This document shows, piece after piece, positions 1 to 9,188 of a stretch of DNA of 64,000 bases. Below the pieces are notes generated by a model that was not told the DNA's origin, did no database searches, and saw only the letters and a list, made by a program, of their open reading frames with translations. The translations under genes were made by a program, and so were the position numbers. Position 1 is the first letter of the stretch, and the number at the start of each line of letters is the position of its first letter. The stretch is taken from positions 8,583 to 72,582 of the forward strand of contig JAFRLX010000123.1 of NCBI GenBank assembly GCA_017430965.1. Reading direction: 5' to 3'. This DNA is from Clostridia bacterium. Its GTDB lineage: Bacteria; Bacillota; Clostridia; Oscillospirales; Acutalibacteraceae.

Positions 1-868
1 GAGCGAAAAATACGGCGTTCCGGTTATTCCTGTCAACTGCCTTGAATTGGATGAGCAGGACATCAAAGACATTCTCTCAAAAGTGCTTTTGGAGTTTCCT
101 GTTTCGCAAGTGGAAATTAAGGTGCCGCAGTGGATTTTGGCGCTCGAGAAAGGCCATTGGCTCAAAGACAGCATTTTTACGGCGGTCAGTGCCGCTGCCG
201 GTGCCGTAAAGAACTTGCGCGAGGTGGAAAATATCAGCCGCCAGTTGGCGCTGAGTGAATATATTGAGCGCGCCGACATTGCATCTATTGATTTGTCCGA
301 TGGTTCGGCTGTCATTCGTGCCGACACCGCTGCGGGATTATTCTATCGCGTTTTGGCGGAAACCACAGGCGTGGAAGTGAACAACGAGCAGGAATTGATG
401 CGCGCTATCAGCGAACTTTCCGATACAAAGAAAAAGTATGAAAAGGTTAAAAATGCGCTTGATGAGGTGGAGCGCACCGGCTACGGCATTGTGATGCCCG
501 AGTTGAGCGAACTGAGTCTGGAAGAGCCGGAGTTGATGAAGCAGGGCGGCAGGTACGGTGTGCGCTTAAAAGCCAGCGCACCGAGCATCCATATGCTGCG
601 CGCCGACATCATGACCGAAGTTGCACCGATTGTCGGCAGCGAGAGCCAAAGTGAGGATTTGGTGCTGTATCTGATGAAACAGTTTGAGGAAAACCCGAAA
701 GAAATATGGAACAGTGATATTTTCGGAAAATCTATCTATTCGATTGTCAACGAAGGTTTAAACAATAAGCTTTCGCGCATGCCCGCCGATGCCAGAGGAA
801 AGCTGCGCGAAACGGTAGAGCGCGTGATTAATGAAGGGTGTAACGGGTTGATTTGCATTATTTTATAG
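1..868 (+). CDS. spoIVA: Stage IV sporulation protein A (SpoIVA), 3' portion; 5' end lies upstream of the window (frame 2)
   Basis: The frame is open from the window edge (SEKYGVPVIPVNCLELDEQDIKDIL...) to TAG 866-868. The C-terminal tail ...VINEGCNGLICIIL is typical of SpoIVA. Confidence 0.88.
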   Translation, partial: SEKYGVPVIPVNCLELDEQDIKDILSKVLLEFPVSQVEIKVPQWILALEKGHWLKDSIFTAVSAAAGAVKNLREVENISRQLALSEYIERADIASIDLSDGSAVIRADTAAGLFYRVLAETTGVEVNNEQELMRAISELSDTKKKYEKVKNALDEVERTGYGIVMPELSELSLEEPELMKQGGRYGVRLKASAPSIHMLRADIMTEVAPIVGSESQSEDLVLYLMKQFEENPKEIWNSDIFGKSIYSIVNEGLNNKLSRMPADARGKLRETVERVINEGCNGLICIIL

Positions 869-890
869 CCGGCTGCTCCGGTATTCTCAT

Positions 891-921
891 AAAAAAAGGG
901 CTCACACAGAGCCCTTTTTTT
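891..921. terminator. Bidirectional rho-independent terminator between convergent spoIVA and trxA
   Basis: A7-GGGCTC-acaca-GAGCCC-T7 hairpin flanked by an A-run and a T-run. Confidence 0.8.
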
Positions 922-1237
922 ATGAGAACATTTCTTCCAGTGCTTCTTTCGGTTTAAAGCCGACACTTCTTTCGGCTTCCTTACCGTCTTTAAACAAAAT
1001 CACCGTGGGAATGGAAGCAACGCCATACTCTCCCGCAATGTCCATGCATTCATCCACATCGGCTTTGCAAACCTTGATTTTGCCTTCCTGCTCTTGGGCA
1101 ATTTGTGCAATAATGGGGGCGAGCATTTTGCAAGGTCCGCACCAGCCTGCCCAAAAGTCCACTAAAACGGGGATGTCGGATTGTAAGACTTCTTTCTCAA
1201 AATTTTCATCTGTAATGATAATCTCTGCCATAGTCAT
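920..1237 (-). CDS. trxA: Thioredoxin
   Basis: 105 aa with the WCGPCK active site and classic thioredoxin length. AGGA RBS sits 5-6 nt before the ATG. Confidence 0.93.
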   Translation of the reverse strand: MTMAEIIITDENFEKEVLQSDIPVLVDFWAGWCGPCKMLAPIIAQIAQEQEGKIKVCKADVDECMDIAGEYGVASIPTVILFKDGKEAERSVGFKPKEALEEMFS

Positions 1238-1301
1238 ATTTTTCCTTTCTATATTTATTTCACTTAATGGCTTGCATTAAGCTTTCTTCATTTGTTTGCT
1301 C

Positions 1302-1862
1302 TTAGTGCAGAGCATTTACCTTTTGTTCAAAAGTTGTCGGATTGAGCGCGCCCACATATTTCTCCGCAATTGTTCCGTCGGAGTTGATGAAAAGCGTTAC
1401 GGGAATGGTATAGGTTTCGTACGTTTTGAGCGCTTCACCATAGGTATCAAAGAATACAGGGAAACTGAAATGGCTTTCCTCAATGACCTGATTTGCGGTT
1501 TTGAGGGTTTCTCTGTCGCCATCGGTCAAGTTGACCATCAGAACCTGTACTTCGTTTCCTCTTTCGATATAGAAGTTTTCAAACATCTGCATTTCTTCCA
1601 GGCAGTTGGGGCACCAGCTTGTCCAAAAGTTGACAACTGTCGGCTTGCCGGAAAAGTCGGATAAGTGAATGTCGTTGCCGTTTTTATCCACAACTTTGAA
1701 ATCGGCAGCGGCGGCGATTTGTGCGCTTTGCGTTTCTCGGGCAGTTGTTGCTTTGGTAATCTCGGCGCCGTCACCGCGCAGGTTTTGGTAAGCAAAGTAG
1801 GCACCGACCAAAACACCAATCAATATTACGGCAAGAATAAGAAATTTTACACCTTGTTTCAT
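1302..1862 (-). CDS. Membrane-anchored TlpA/ResA/StoA-family thiol-disulfide oxidoreductase
   Basis: N-terminal TM helix followed by a thioredoxin fold with a WCPNC motif (FWTSWCPNC). I chose ATG 1862 (MKQGVKF) because AGGTGA lies 5 nt upstream. The ORF track starts 3 codons earlier, at GTG 1871. Confidence 0.85.
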   Translation of the reverse strand: MKQGVKFLILAVILIGVLVGAYFAYQNLRGDGAEITKATTARETQSAQIAAAADFKVVDKNGNDIHLSDFSGKPTVVNFWTSWCPNCLEEMQMFENFYIERGNEVQVLMVNLTDGDRETLKTANQVIEESHFSFPVFFDTYGEALKTYETYTIPVTLFINSDGTIAEKYVGALNPTTFEQKVNALH

Positions 1863-1880
1863 TGTCTTCACCTGTTTCTA

Positions 1881-2546
1881 TTATTTGTTAAATAAACCTA
1901 AAAATTTATCGAATAATCCCGTTGCCATCAAAATTCCCATTACAATCAAGAAACAACCGCAAACGGTATTGATGATTTTATAATGCTTTTTAATCACCTC
2001 AAAACCGTTTTTTAAGCGGTCAATAAGCACACTTGAAAGTAAAAACGGAATACCTAACCCTAAGCTGTAGGTGCCTAAGAGCAGAACACCTTTCAGGGAG
2101 CTGCCTTCTGTAGAGGCAAGCATCAGTGCAGCGCCTAAAAATGCACCGATACAAGGGGTGAGACAAACGGAATAGATGATGCCGAATACAAATGCGGAGG
2201 CGATGCTGCTTGCTTTATGGGCTTTTTGAACACCTTTTAAAAACGGGAGAGGGATGATTTCAAGATAACTGAGTCCGAAGATGATAACCGGGATTCCGCA
2301 AAGGATATTGAGAACGGTTTTGTAGCGCTGCAAAAATGAACCGAGCGTGCCGGCAAACAGCCCGAGAAGGCAGAAGACGATAGCAAAGCCGAGCACAAAG
2401 GCAAGGGCTCTGAGAAACACCCTGCTCTTTTTTTCTTCCTCTCGGCTATCGGCTGCAAAGTAAGAGATATACAGCGGCAGCAGCGGCAGCATACAGGGAG
2501 AGATAAAGGAAATGATTCCTTCCAAAAATGTCACAAAATACTGCAT
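1881..2546 (-). CDS. ccdA: Cytochrome c biogenesis protein CcdA / DsbD-family transmembrane thiol-disulfide electron transporter
   Basis: 221-aa polytopic membrane protein. It has the paired Cys-containing motifs (SPCMLPLLP ... LTPCIGA) typical of CcdA. Confidence 0.87.
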   Translation of the reverse strand: MQYFVTFLEGIISFISPCMLPLLPLYISYFAADSREEEKKSRVFLRALAFVLGFAIVFCLLGLFAGTLGSFLQRYKTVLNILCGIPVIIFGLSYLEIIPLPFLKGVQKAHKASSIASAFVFGIIYSVCLTPCIGAFLGAALMLASTEGSSLKGVLLLGTYSLGLGIPFLLSSVLIDRLKNGFEVIKKHYKIINTVCGCFLIVMGILMATGLFDKFLGLFNK

Positions 2547-4079
2547 TTACACCTTTTTCCAATACTTTCTGTCTAATGAGCGGTATTGCACGGCTTCTAA
2601 AATGTGCGGGGTATCAATGATATCGCTGTGGTCCAAATCGGCAATGGTTCTTGAAACGCGCAGCACTTTGTCGTAAGCGCGTGCCGATAAGCCCAGTTTT
2701 TCAAATGCCAATTTGAGTGTTTGCTGTGCTTCTTCGCTCAGTTGGCAGAATTTTCTGGTTTGTGAAGGAGACATTTGGGCATTGCAGACAATTTCCAAGC
2801 CTTCAAAGCGGCGCAACTGGCAGACGCGCGCTTCATTCACGCGCTCTTTGATGACTGCCGAACATTCGCCTTTTTTCTTGCTTGCCAAATCATCGTACTC
2901 CACCGATTGAACTTCCACATGAATATCAAAGCGGTCCAAGAGGGGATAGCTGATTTTGGCAATGTATTTTTCGGCTGCATGCGGCGGGCAGGAGCACTGC
3001 TTGGTCGGGTGACCGTAATAGCCGCATTTACAGGGGTTCATTGCCGCAATCGTCATAAAGCGGGAAGGGTAGGTAATAGAACCGCTGACGCGGGAAATGG
3101 TGATTTTACCGTCCTCCATCGGTTGGCGGAGGATTTCCATTGCCTGGCGCGAAAATTCCGGCAGCTCATCCAAAAACAGCACACCGTTATGCGCCAGTGA
3201 GATTTCACCCGGTTTAATGACCGTGCCGCCGCCTGAAAGCCCGACAGGCGAAATGGTGTGGTGAGGTGAACGGAAGGGGCGTTTATGTAAAATTTCCGCA
3301 TCGGAAGGCAATTCACCGGCAATGGAGTGAATCTTGGTTGCCTCTATGGCTTCCTCGAAAGTCATGTCCGGTAAAATGGAGGGGATGCGCTTGGCAAGCA
3401 TGCTTTTGCCGGAACCCGGGGAACCGACCATCAGCACATTGTGCCCGCCGGCAGCGGCAATTTCGAGCGCTCGCCGTGCATCAAATTGCCCTTTAACATC
3501 CTCAAAATCTTCCATATCCAAACCGTTTTCCGTGAAGGTATAGGGAACGGTTTTAACAGGTTCGAGTTCGGTTGCTTCGCGCAAAAATGCGACAAGCTCT
3601 TTGATGCTTTTTACGGCATAGGCATCAATGCCTTCCACAATGCGACATTCGGCGGCATTGCCAAAGGGAACAAAGATGGTTTCATACCCTTCCTCTTTAG
3701 CTTTAATCACCATAGGTAAAACTCCGTTGATAGGCGAAATGTCACCATTGAGAGAAAGCGCACCGATAAAAATACTGTTTTCGGGAATGTGTGCGAGCTG
3801 ACCGCTTGCCAACAGAATTCCCATCAGCATCGGCAAATCATAAATCGGCCCTTCTTTTTTGGTATCGGCAGGCGCTAAATTGACAGTAATGCGCGAAACG
3901 GGATAATCAAACCCGCTGTTTTTGAGCGCGGAACGCACCCGCTCTTTGGATTCTTTGACCGCTGCATCCGGCAGACCGACAATGTCAAATTTCGGCAAAC
4001 CGCCGGAAATGTCTACCTCGACTGTCACGCGAAAGCCGTCAATACCCTGTAAACCGATGGAATCAACCTTTGCAAACAT
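2547..4079 (-). CDS. comM: YifB/ComM family Mg-chelatase-like AAA+ ATPase
   Basis: 510 aa with an N-terminal Lon-like domain and Walker A GSPGSGKS. The C-terminus (SARAYDKVLRVSRTIADLD) is typical of ComM/YifB. Confidence 0.92.
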   Translation of the reverse strand: MFAKVDSIGLQGIDGFRVTVEVDISGGLPKFDIVGLPDAAVKESKERVRSALKNSGFDYPVSRITVNLAPADTKKEGPIYDLPMLMGILLASGQLAHIPENSIFIGALSLNGDISPINGVLPMVIKAKEEGYETIFVPFGNAAECRIVEGIDAYAVKSIKELVAFLREATELEPVKTVPYTFTENGLDMEDFEDVKGQFDARRALEIAAAGGHNVLMVGSPGSGKSMLAKRIPSILPDMTFEEAIEATKIHSIAGELPSDAEILHKRPFRSPHHTISPVGLSGGGTVIKPGEISLAHNGVLFLDELPEFSRQAMEILRQPMEDGKITISRVSGSITYPSRFMTIAAMNPCKCGYYGHPTKQCSCPPHAAEKYIAKISYPLLDRFDIHVEVQSVEYDDLASKKKGECSAVIKERVNEARVCQLRRFEGLEIVCNAQMSPSQTRKFCQLSEEAQQTLKLAFEKLGLSARAYDKVLRVSRTIADLDHSDIIDTPHILEAVQYRSLDRKYWKKV

Positions 4080-4167
4080 AAAATGAACCTTTCAAACTTT
4101 AAATTGTCTATCATCCTTGATTATATACTAAAAGAGAAAATCAATCAACTCATTTGTATGAATTTTA

Positions 4168-4196
4168 TTGACATATGTGCGTATTTTTATTATTAT
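4168..4196 (+). promoter_or_regulatory. Sigma-A type promoter for the phospho-sugar mutase gene
   Basis: TTGACA, 17-nt spacer, TATTAT, about 65 nt upstream of ATG 4262. Confidence 0.5.
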
Positions 4197-4261
4197 ATAA
4201 GTATAATTAAAATGAGTTATTATGCGCTTGCGGTAGTTTTTGCGGTGCAGAAAGGAAAAAT

Positions 4262-5983
4262 ATGAATAATTATAAAGAACTCTATACTTTGTGGTGTCAA
4301 AATGCCACGGAGGATAACGATTTAATCGAAGAATTAAAAGAGGTTGCAGGCAACGAAGCGGAAATTCAGGACCGATTCTATAAGTCGCTTGAATTCGGTA
4401 CAGCCGGGCTGCGCGGTGTGATTGGTGCAGGTACCAACAGGATGAATATTTACACTGTCGGGCAGGCTACGCAAGGGCTTGCGGCTTCTCTTTTAAAGCA
4501 GTTTGAGGCACCCGCTGTGGCGATTGCGTATGATTCTCGCATTAAATCCGAAGTCTTTGCCAAAAGAGCAGCTTGTGTTTTGGCGGCAAACGGTGTGAAG
4601 GCGTATATTTTTAAAGAACTTGTGCCCACTCCCGTGCTCAGCTTTGCCGTGCGCTATTTGGGCTGCAAAAGCGGCATTGTCATTACCGCTTCTCACAACC
4701 CGAGTCAGTATAACGGCTTTAAGTGCTACGATCCTGACGGCTACCAGATGACAGATGAAAGCGCTGCCAAAACGCTTGCCGAAATCCAGAGCATCGATAT
4801 GTTCCGCGACATTAAAAGTATTGATTTTGAAGCAGGCTTACAGGCAGGCACCATTGAATATTGCGCAGATGAAGTGATGGAAGCCTTTTTGAGCGAGGTG
4901 CAAAAGCAATCGGTCAATCCCGGGATTTGTCAGGAATCCAATCTCAACTTGATTTATTCTCCGCTCAACGGTACCGGAAATAAACCGGTTAGAGAAATCT
5001 TGAAGCGCATCGGCATTCAAAATGTCCGGGTTGTGCCCGAACAAGAGCTGCCTGACGGCAATTTCCCGACCTGCCCGTATCCGAACCCCGAAATCAGGCA
5101 AGTGTTTGAAAAAGCATTGGACATGACAGCAGGTTTTGATGCCGACTTGATTTTGGCAACCGACCCCGATTGTGACAGAGTCGGCATTGCCGTGAAGGAT
5201 GCAAACGGTGAGTACAAGCTGATGAGCGGCAACGAAGTGGGCGCCATGCTGCTGGAATACCTGCTTTCTCAAAGAGAAGAAAAGGGTACCATGCCGCCGG
5301 AGCCTGTTGCGATTAAGAGCTTTGTGACCACCAATATTGCCAACAAGGTTGCGGCAAAGCACGGCTGCAGGGTCAAAGAAGTGTTGACCGGCTTCAAATA
5401 TATCGGTGAATATATTACCGAATTGGAAAAGCATGGAAAAGAGAATAACTTTATTCTGGGCTTTGAGGAAAGCTACGGCTATCTCAGCGGCACGCATGCA
5501 AGGGATAAGGATGCTGTGGTTGCATCTATGCTGATTTGTGAAATGGCAGCTTATTATAAATCTGTCGGCAAGAGCTTAATCGATGTGATGCAATCTCTGT
5601 ATCAGGAGTTCGGCATTTATAAGCACACGGTCATTTCTTTGCAGTTTGAGGGTGCCGAGGGCATGCAGAAGATGCAGGACATTATGACAAAGCTGCGCAG
5701 CGAAGTTATTTCTTCTCTTGCCGGTTTAAAGGTAGAGTATTTTTCCGATTATAAGAGTTTGAAGCGCACCAATCTTGCGACCGGTCAAAGCGAGGCTATT
5801 TTGCTGCCGAGCGCCAATGCACTGGTGTATGAATTGGAAAAGGATAATTTGTTTATCATTCGTCCTTCCGGAACGGAACCGAAGATAAAAGCCTACATTA
5901 CCGCCTGCACGGCTACCGATGCCGAAGCAGAGGGTTTAACACAAAAAATGCAGGAAGATTTTAAAGCATTGATAGGAGAATAA
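4262..5983 (+). CDS. Phosphoglucomutase / phosphomannomutase (alpha-D-phosphohexomutase family)
   Basis: 573 aa with the catalytic-serine loop TASHNP, the metal loop DPDCDR and GTAGLRG near the N-terminus. Confidence 0.9.
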   Translation: MNNYKELYTLWCQNATEDNDLIEELKEVAGNEAEIQDRFYKSLEFGTAGLRGVIGAGTNRMNIYTVGQATQGLAASLLKQFEAPAVAIAYDSRIKSEVFAKRAACVLAANGVKAYIFKELVPTPVLSFAVRYLGCKSGIVITASHNPSQYNGFKCYDPDGYQMTDESAAKTLAEIQSIDMFRDIKSIDFEAGLQAGTIEYCADEVMEAFLSEVQKQSVNPGICQESNLNLIYSPLNGTGNKPVREILKRIGIQNVRVVPEQELPDGNFPTCPYPNPEIRQVFEKALDMTAGFDADLILATDPDCDRVGIAVKDANGEYKLMSGNEVGAMLLEYLLSQREEKGTMPPEPVAIKSFVTTNIANKVAAKHGCRVKEVLTGFKYIGEYITELEKHGKENNFILGFEESYGYLSGTHARDKDAVVASMLICEMAAYYKSVGKSLIDVMQSLYQEFGIYKHTVISLQFEGAEGMQKMQDIMTKLRSEVISSLAGLKVEYFSDYKSLKRTNLATGQSEAILLPSANALVYELEKDNLFIIRPSGTEPKIKAYITACTATDAEAEGLTQKMQEDFKALIGE

Positions 5984-5985
5984 CC

Positions 5986-6087
5986 ATGAACAGAAAATTT
6001 GCAAAAGTAGTAGCAATCGTTTTGGCGGCTTTGATGGCGGCAAGTGCTTTCTCAGTCGGTATTTATGCGTTAATCGCAGGCCATTAA
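5986..6087 (+). CDS. Candidate 33-aa small hydrophobic membrane peptide (MNRKFAKVVAIVLAALMAASAFSVGIYALIAGH)
   Basis: ATG lies 2 nt after the mutase stop and AGGAGA sits 6 nt upstream. It has a basic N-terminus plus a single TM-like helix. It is below the 60-aa ORF-track cutoff. Confidence 0.4.
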   Translation: MNRKFAKVVAIVLAALMAASAFSVGIYALIAGH

Positions 6088-6104
6088 TTCAGGAGGAAAG
6101 ATAG

Positions 6105-9100
6105 ATGTATATTTGGGAAAACCCGAAAATTTATGAGCAGAATAAAGAGCAGGCTCACGCTCTGATGTTTCCTTATGATACGCTTGAGGCAGCTTTGGAA
6201 AAAAAGGAGAGCCCTTATAAGCTGAGCTTAAACGGAACGTGGAAATTTTACTGGCAAATGGGCGTTGAAAACCTTCCCGCCGACTTTTGGAAGGACAGCT
6301 TTGATGATAAGGCTTGGACAGATATGCCGGTACCGAGTGTTTGGCAGTTAAACGGCTTCGGTAAGCCGATTTATCTGTGCAACTCCTACCCCGATGTACT
6401 CAGTACAAAGGAAAAAGAGATTCCGACCATCAATCACGAGAAAAACGAAGTGGGCATTTACCGCCGCAGCTTCGAGATTCCCGCCGATTGGGAAGGCAGA
6501 GAGATTTATATTTACTTCACCGCAGTCAAGAGTGCTTTTAAGCTCTATGTGAACGGTCAAGAGGTCGGCTATTCGCAAGGCTCTATGATTGGCGCGGAAT
6601 TTAATCTTACAAAATATGTAAAAGTGGGAGAAAATAGTATCGTTGCCGAAGTTTATCGCTATTCCGACGGCTCTTATTTGGAAGACCAGGATATGTGGTT
6701 TTTGTCCGGTATTTACCGCGATGTTTACCTTTATGCCGAGCCAAAGCTGATGCTGCGCGATTTCTATTTCAAAACAGATTTTGATGGCGATGATTTTGCC
6801 CATGCTCATACATCTATCGATTTATATATCAAGAACTTAGCCGCTGAAGAGGGCGCATCCGTCAGCGCATATTTGCTTGACGGCAGAGACCAGATTTCCT
6901 TAGGAAAAGCGGATATTACTGCCGATCCCGAGCAGAAATTCAGCTTTCAGGCAGAAGTGGAAAATCCGCGCCTCTGGAGTGCGGAATACCCGCAAACATA
7001 TACCTTGGTTATGCTCTTAACCAAGGGGGAGCAAACCCTTTGCGCCAAGACCTTTACTGTTGGTTTTAAAAAGGTGGAAATTCGCGGCAACAAGCTCTTC
7101 TTTAACGGCAAGGAAATAATGGTTAAGGGCGTTAACCGGCATGAATTTGACCCCGATTATGCGTGGGCTTGCCCGAAGGAACGCTTTGTACAGGATTTAA
7201 GCTTAATTAAGCGTGCTAACTGTAACTCCATTCGTTTAAGCCACTATCCGAACAGCCCCGAGCTGTATGAGATGTGCAGTGAATATGGCTTGTATGTTAT
7301 GGATGAATGTGATGTGGAAACTCATGGCGTGCGCCGCAAGAACTGCCCCGGTGATAACCCGATTTGGACAAACCAGGTGGTTGACAGAATGAGAAGAATG
7401 GTGCTCAGAGACAGGAACTATCCCTGTATCTTTATTTGGAGCCTCGGTAACGAAGCGGGAGACGGCAGCAATTTTTCCAGAATGCGCGAAGCGGCATTGG
7501 AGCTGGATGATACCAGAAAAATTCACTATGAAGGTGATTTTGATTTTACCAAGAGTGATTTTATCAGCCGCATGTATCCCGAAGCCCCGCTGATGAAGCT
7601 GATGGGCGAACAAAAGGAAGTCAAACCGACTCTGTTTGATAACATTGCCAACGCTCTTGCGGCAGATAATAAGCCCATACCTGCATCGGTTTATAAAGAC
7701 CATCCGGTAATTCTGTGCGAATATGCCCATGCCATGGAGAACAGCCTCGGTAATTTCAAAGACTATATGGCAGACTTTGAAAAGTATGAGAATATGTGCG
7801 GCGGCTACATTTGGGACTTTGTCGACCAGGCAATCCATGTTCAGGATGAAGAGGGCGATAAATGGCTTTACGGCGGCGATTTTGATGAAGGCAGAACCGA
7901 TGCCTACTTCTGTGCCAATGGCATTATCGGCGCCGACAGAAAGCCGCATCCCTCATACTATGAGGTCAAGCATGTCTATGGTCAATTTGCGCTCGAGGAA
8001 AAGGATGCCGCTAAGGGACTATTTGAGGTTTATAACAAGTACTCTTTCACGAATTTGAAAGATTTTGATTTCTTCTTTACTTGGGAGAAAGACGGTGAAG
8101 TGATTTTGGATGGCGACATCGAGATAGAAGCAGAGCCCAAAACCTACTCCGAGATTACCGTTCCGGTTCCCGATATTAAAGAAGATTGTTCTTTAACCTT
8201 CAACCTCTACCAGTGCTTGAAGGAAGATACCGTTTGGGCGGATAAGGATTATATTCTCAATTTCGGTCAAATTCGCGTGTATCATAAGGCGCCGAGAAAG
8301 CTGCAAAAGGTTGACGGCGTGATGAATTTGAAATTCGCCGATAAAAACAATGTCACCATTTCCGGCAACGGGTTTGAAATCGGGTTTAAGAATAAGCGCT
8401 TGGCGAGCATCAAGTACGGCGATGAGCAGGTACTCAAAGCACCGCTTGTCCCTAACTACTTTAGAGCGCTGACCGATAACGACTATACCTACTTTAACTT
8501 CGCAAGACCGATTCGCGAAATTCTGCCGATGGCGCGCTGGAAAAATGCGACCAGGCATACCAATATCACGGGCTTCAAGGTCAAGCAGGAAAGAAATGTT
8601 CTGAAGGTTTCTGCCTCCATTTCCAACGGCTTAGGAACCGGCAAGCTCACTTATGTCATTAATGCGCAGGGCGATATCTTTGTCAGGCATGTATTTAAGC
8701 CGATTGCCAATGCGCTGCGCATCGGCATGACCACCAAGCTCAACGGTGAATTTAAGAATGTGGAGTGGCTTGGCAGAGGTCCTGCCGAGTGCTACCTCGA
8801 CAGGAAAACAGGTTCGCGTGTATCGAAGTACAGCATGAAACTCAGAGAGCTCGAGCACCGCTATATGCGCCCGCAGGAAAACGGTAACCGCGAGGATTGC
8901 GATTATGTATCTTTTGCCAATGAGGCACATAAAAAGATTGTGTTCTCGGCAGGTAACGACAAGGAAATCGGCTTCAGCGCCTGGAACTATACCCAAGAGG
9001 CACTCCACGCTGCAAACCACCTGCATGAGCTTGCGTATGAGGATGATATTACGGTCAACATCGACTACAGTATGTGCGGTGTGGGCGGTGATATGCCGGG

Positions 9101-9188
9101 TATGGCGCATGTCAGAGAGCAGTATAAACTCAAAGGCGGCAGAACCTATGTGCAGGAATTTGTGATTTCCAACAGAAAGCTTTCATGA
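6105..9188 (+). CDS. lacZ: Beta-galactosidase, glycoside hydrolase family 2
   Basis: 1027 aa. Acid/base motif WSLGNEAG, nucleophile motif ILCEYAHAMENS, and a C-terminal small-chain domain. GGAGG RBS. Confidence 0.9.
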   Translation: MYIWENPKIYEQNKEQAHALMFPYDTLEAALEKKESPYKLSLNGTWKFYWQMGVENLPADFWKDSFDDKAWTDMPVPSVWQLNGFGKPIYLCNSYPDVLSTKEKEIPTINHEKNEVGIYRRSFEIPADWEGREIYIYFTAVKSAFKLYVNGQEVGYSQGSMIGAEFNLTKYVKVGENSIVAEVYRYSDGSYLEDQDMWFLSGIYRDVYLYAEPKLMLRDFYFKTDFDGDDFAHAHTSIDLYIKNLAAEEGASVSAYLLDGRDQISLGKADITADPEQKFSFQAEVENPRLWSAEYPQTYTLVMLLTKGEQTLCAKTFTVGFKKVEIRGNKLFFNGKEIMVKGVNRHEFDPDYAWACPKERFVQDLSLIKRANCNSIRLSHYPNSPELYEMCSEYGLYVMDECDVETHGVRRKNCPGDNPIWTNQVVDRMRRMVLRDRNYPCIFIWSLGNEAGDGSNFSRMREAALELDDTRKIHYEGDFDFTKSDFISRMYPEAPLMKLMGEQKEVKPTLFDNIANALAADNKPIPASVYKDHPVILCEYAHAMENSLGNFKDYMADFEKYENMCGGYIWDFVDQAIHVQDEEGDKWLYGGDFDEGRTDAYFCANGIIGADRKPHPSYYEVKHVYGQFALEEKDAAKGLFEVYNKYSFTNLKDFDFFFTWEKDGEVILDGDIEIEAEPKTYSEITVPVPDIKEDCSLTFNLYQCLKEDTVWADKDYILNFGQIRVYHKAPRKLQKVDGVMNLKFADKNNVTISGNGFEIGFKNKRLASIKYGDEQVLKAPLVPNYFRALTDNDYTYFNFARPIREILPMARWKNATRHTNITGFKVKQERNVLKVSASISNGLGTGKLTYVINAQGDIFVRHVFKPIANALRIGMTTKLNGEFKNVEWLGRGPAECYLDRKTGSRVSKYSMKLRELEHRYMRPQENGNREDCDYVSFANEAHKKIVFSAGNDKEIGFSAWNYTQEALHAANHLHELAYEDDITVNIDYSMCGVGGDMPGMAHVREQYKLKGGRTYVQEFVISNRKLS

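Noticed and set aside
4083-4265. A 60-aa ORF in the comM/mutase intergenic region.
   Set aside because: It spans the TTGACA/TATTAT promoter, is extremely AT-rich (Ile/Tyr/Lys-rich) and has no RBS.
4838-5497. Long antisense ORFs inside well-supported genes. Examples are 4838-5497, 6348-6809, 7236-7949, 14525-15199, 35593-36105, 45182-45625, 54114-54776, 59721-60221 and 62764-63313.
   Set aside because: Each lies opposite a gene with clear family motifs. They have biased Arg/Ala/His/Phe-rich composition and lack an RBS. They are shadow ORFs.
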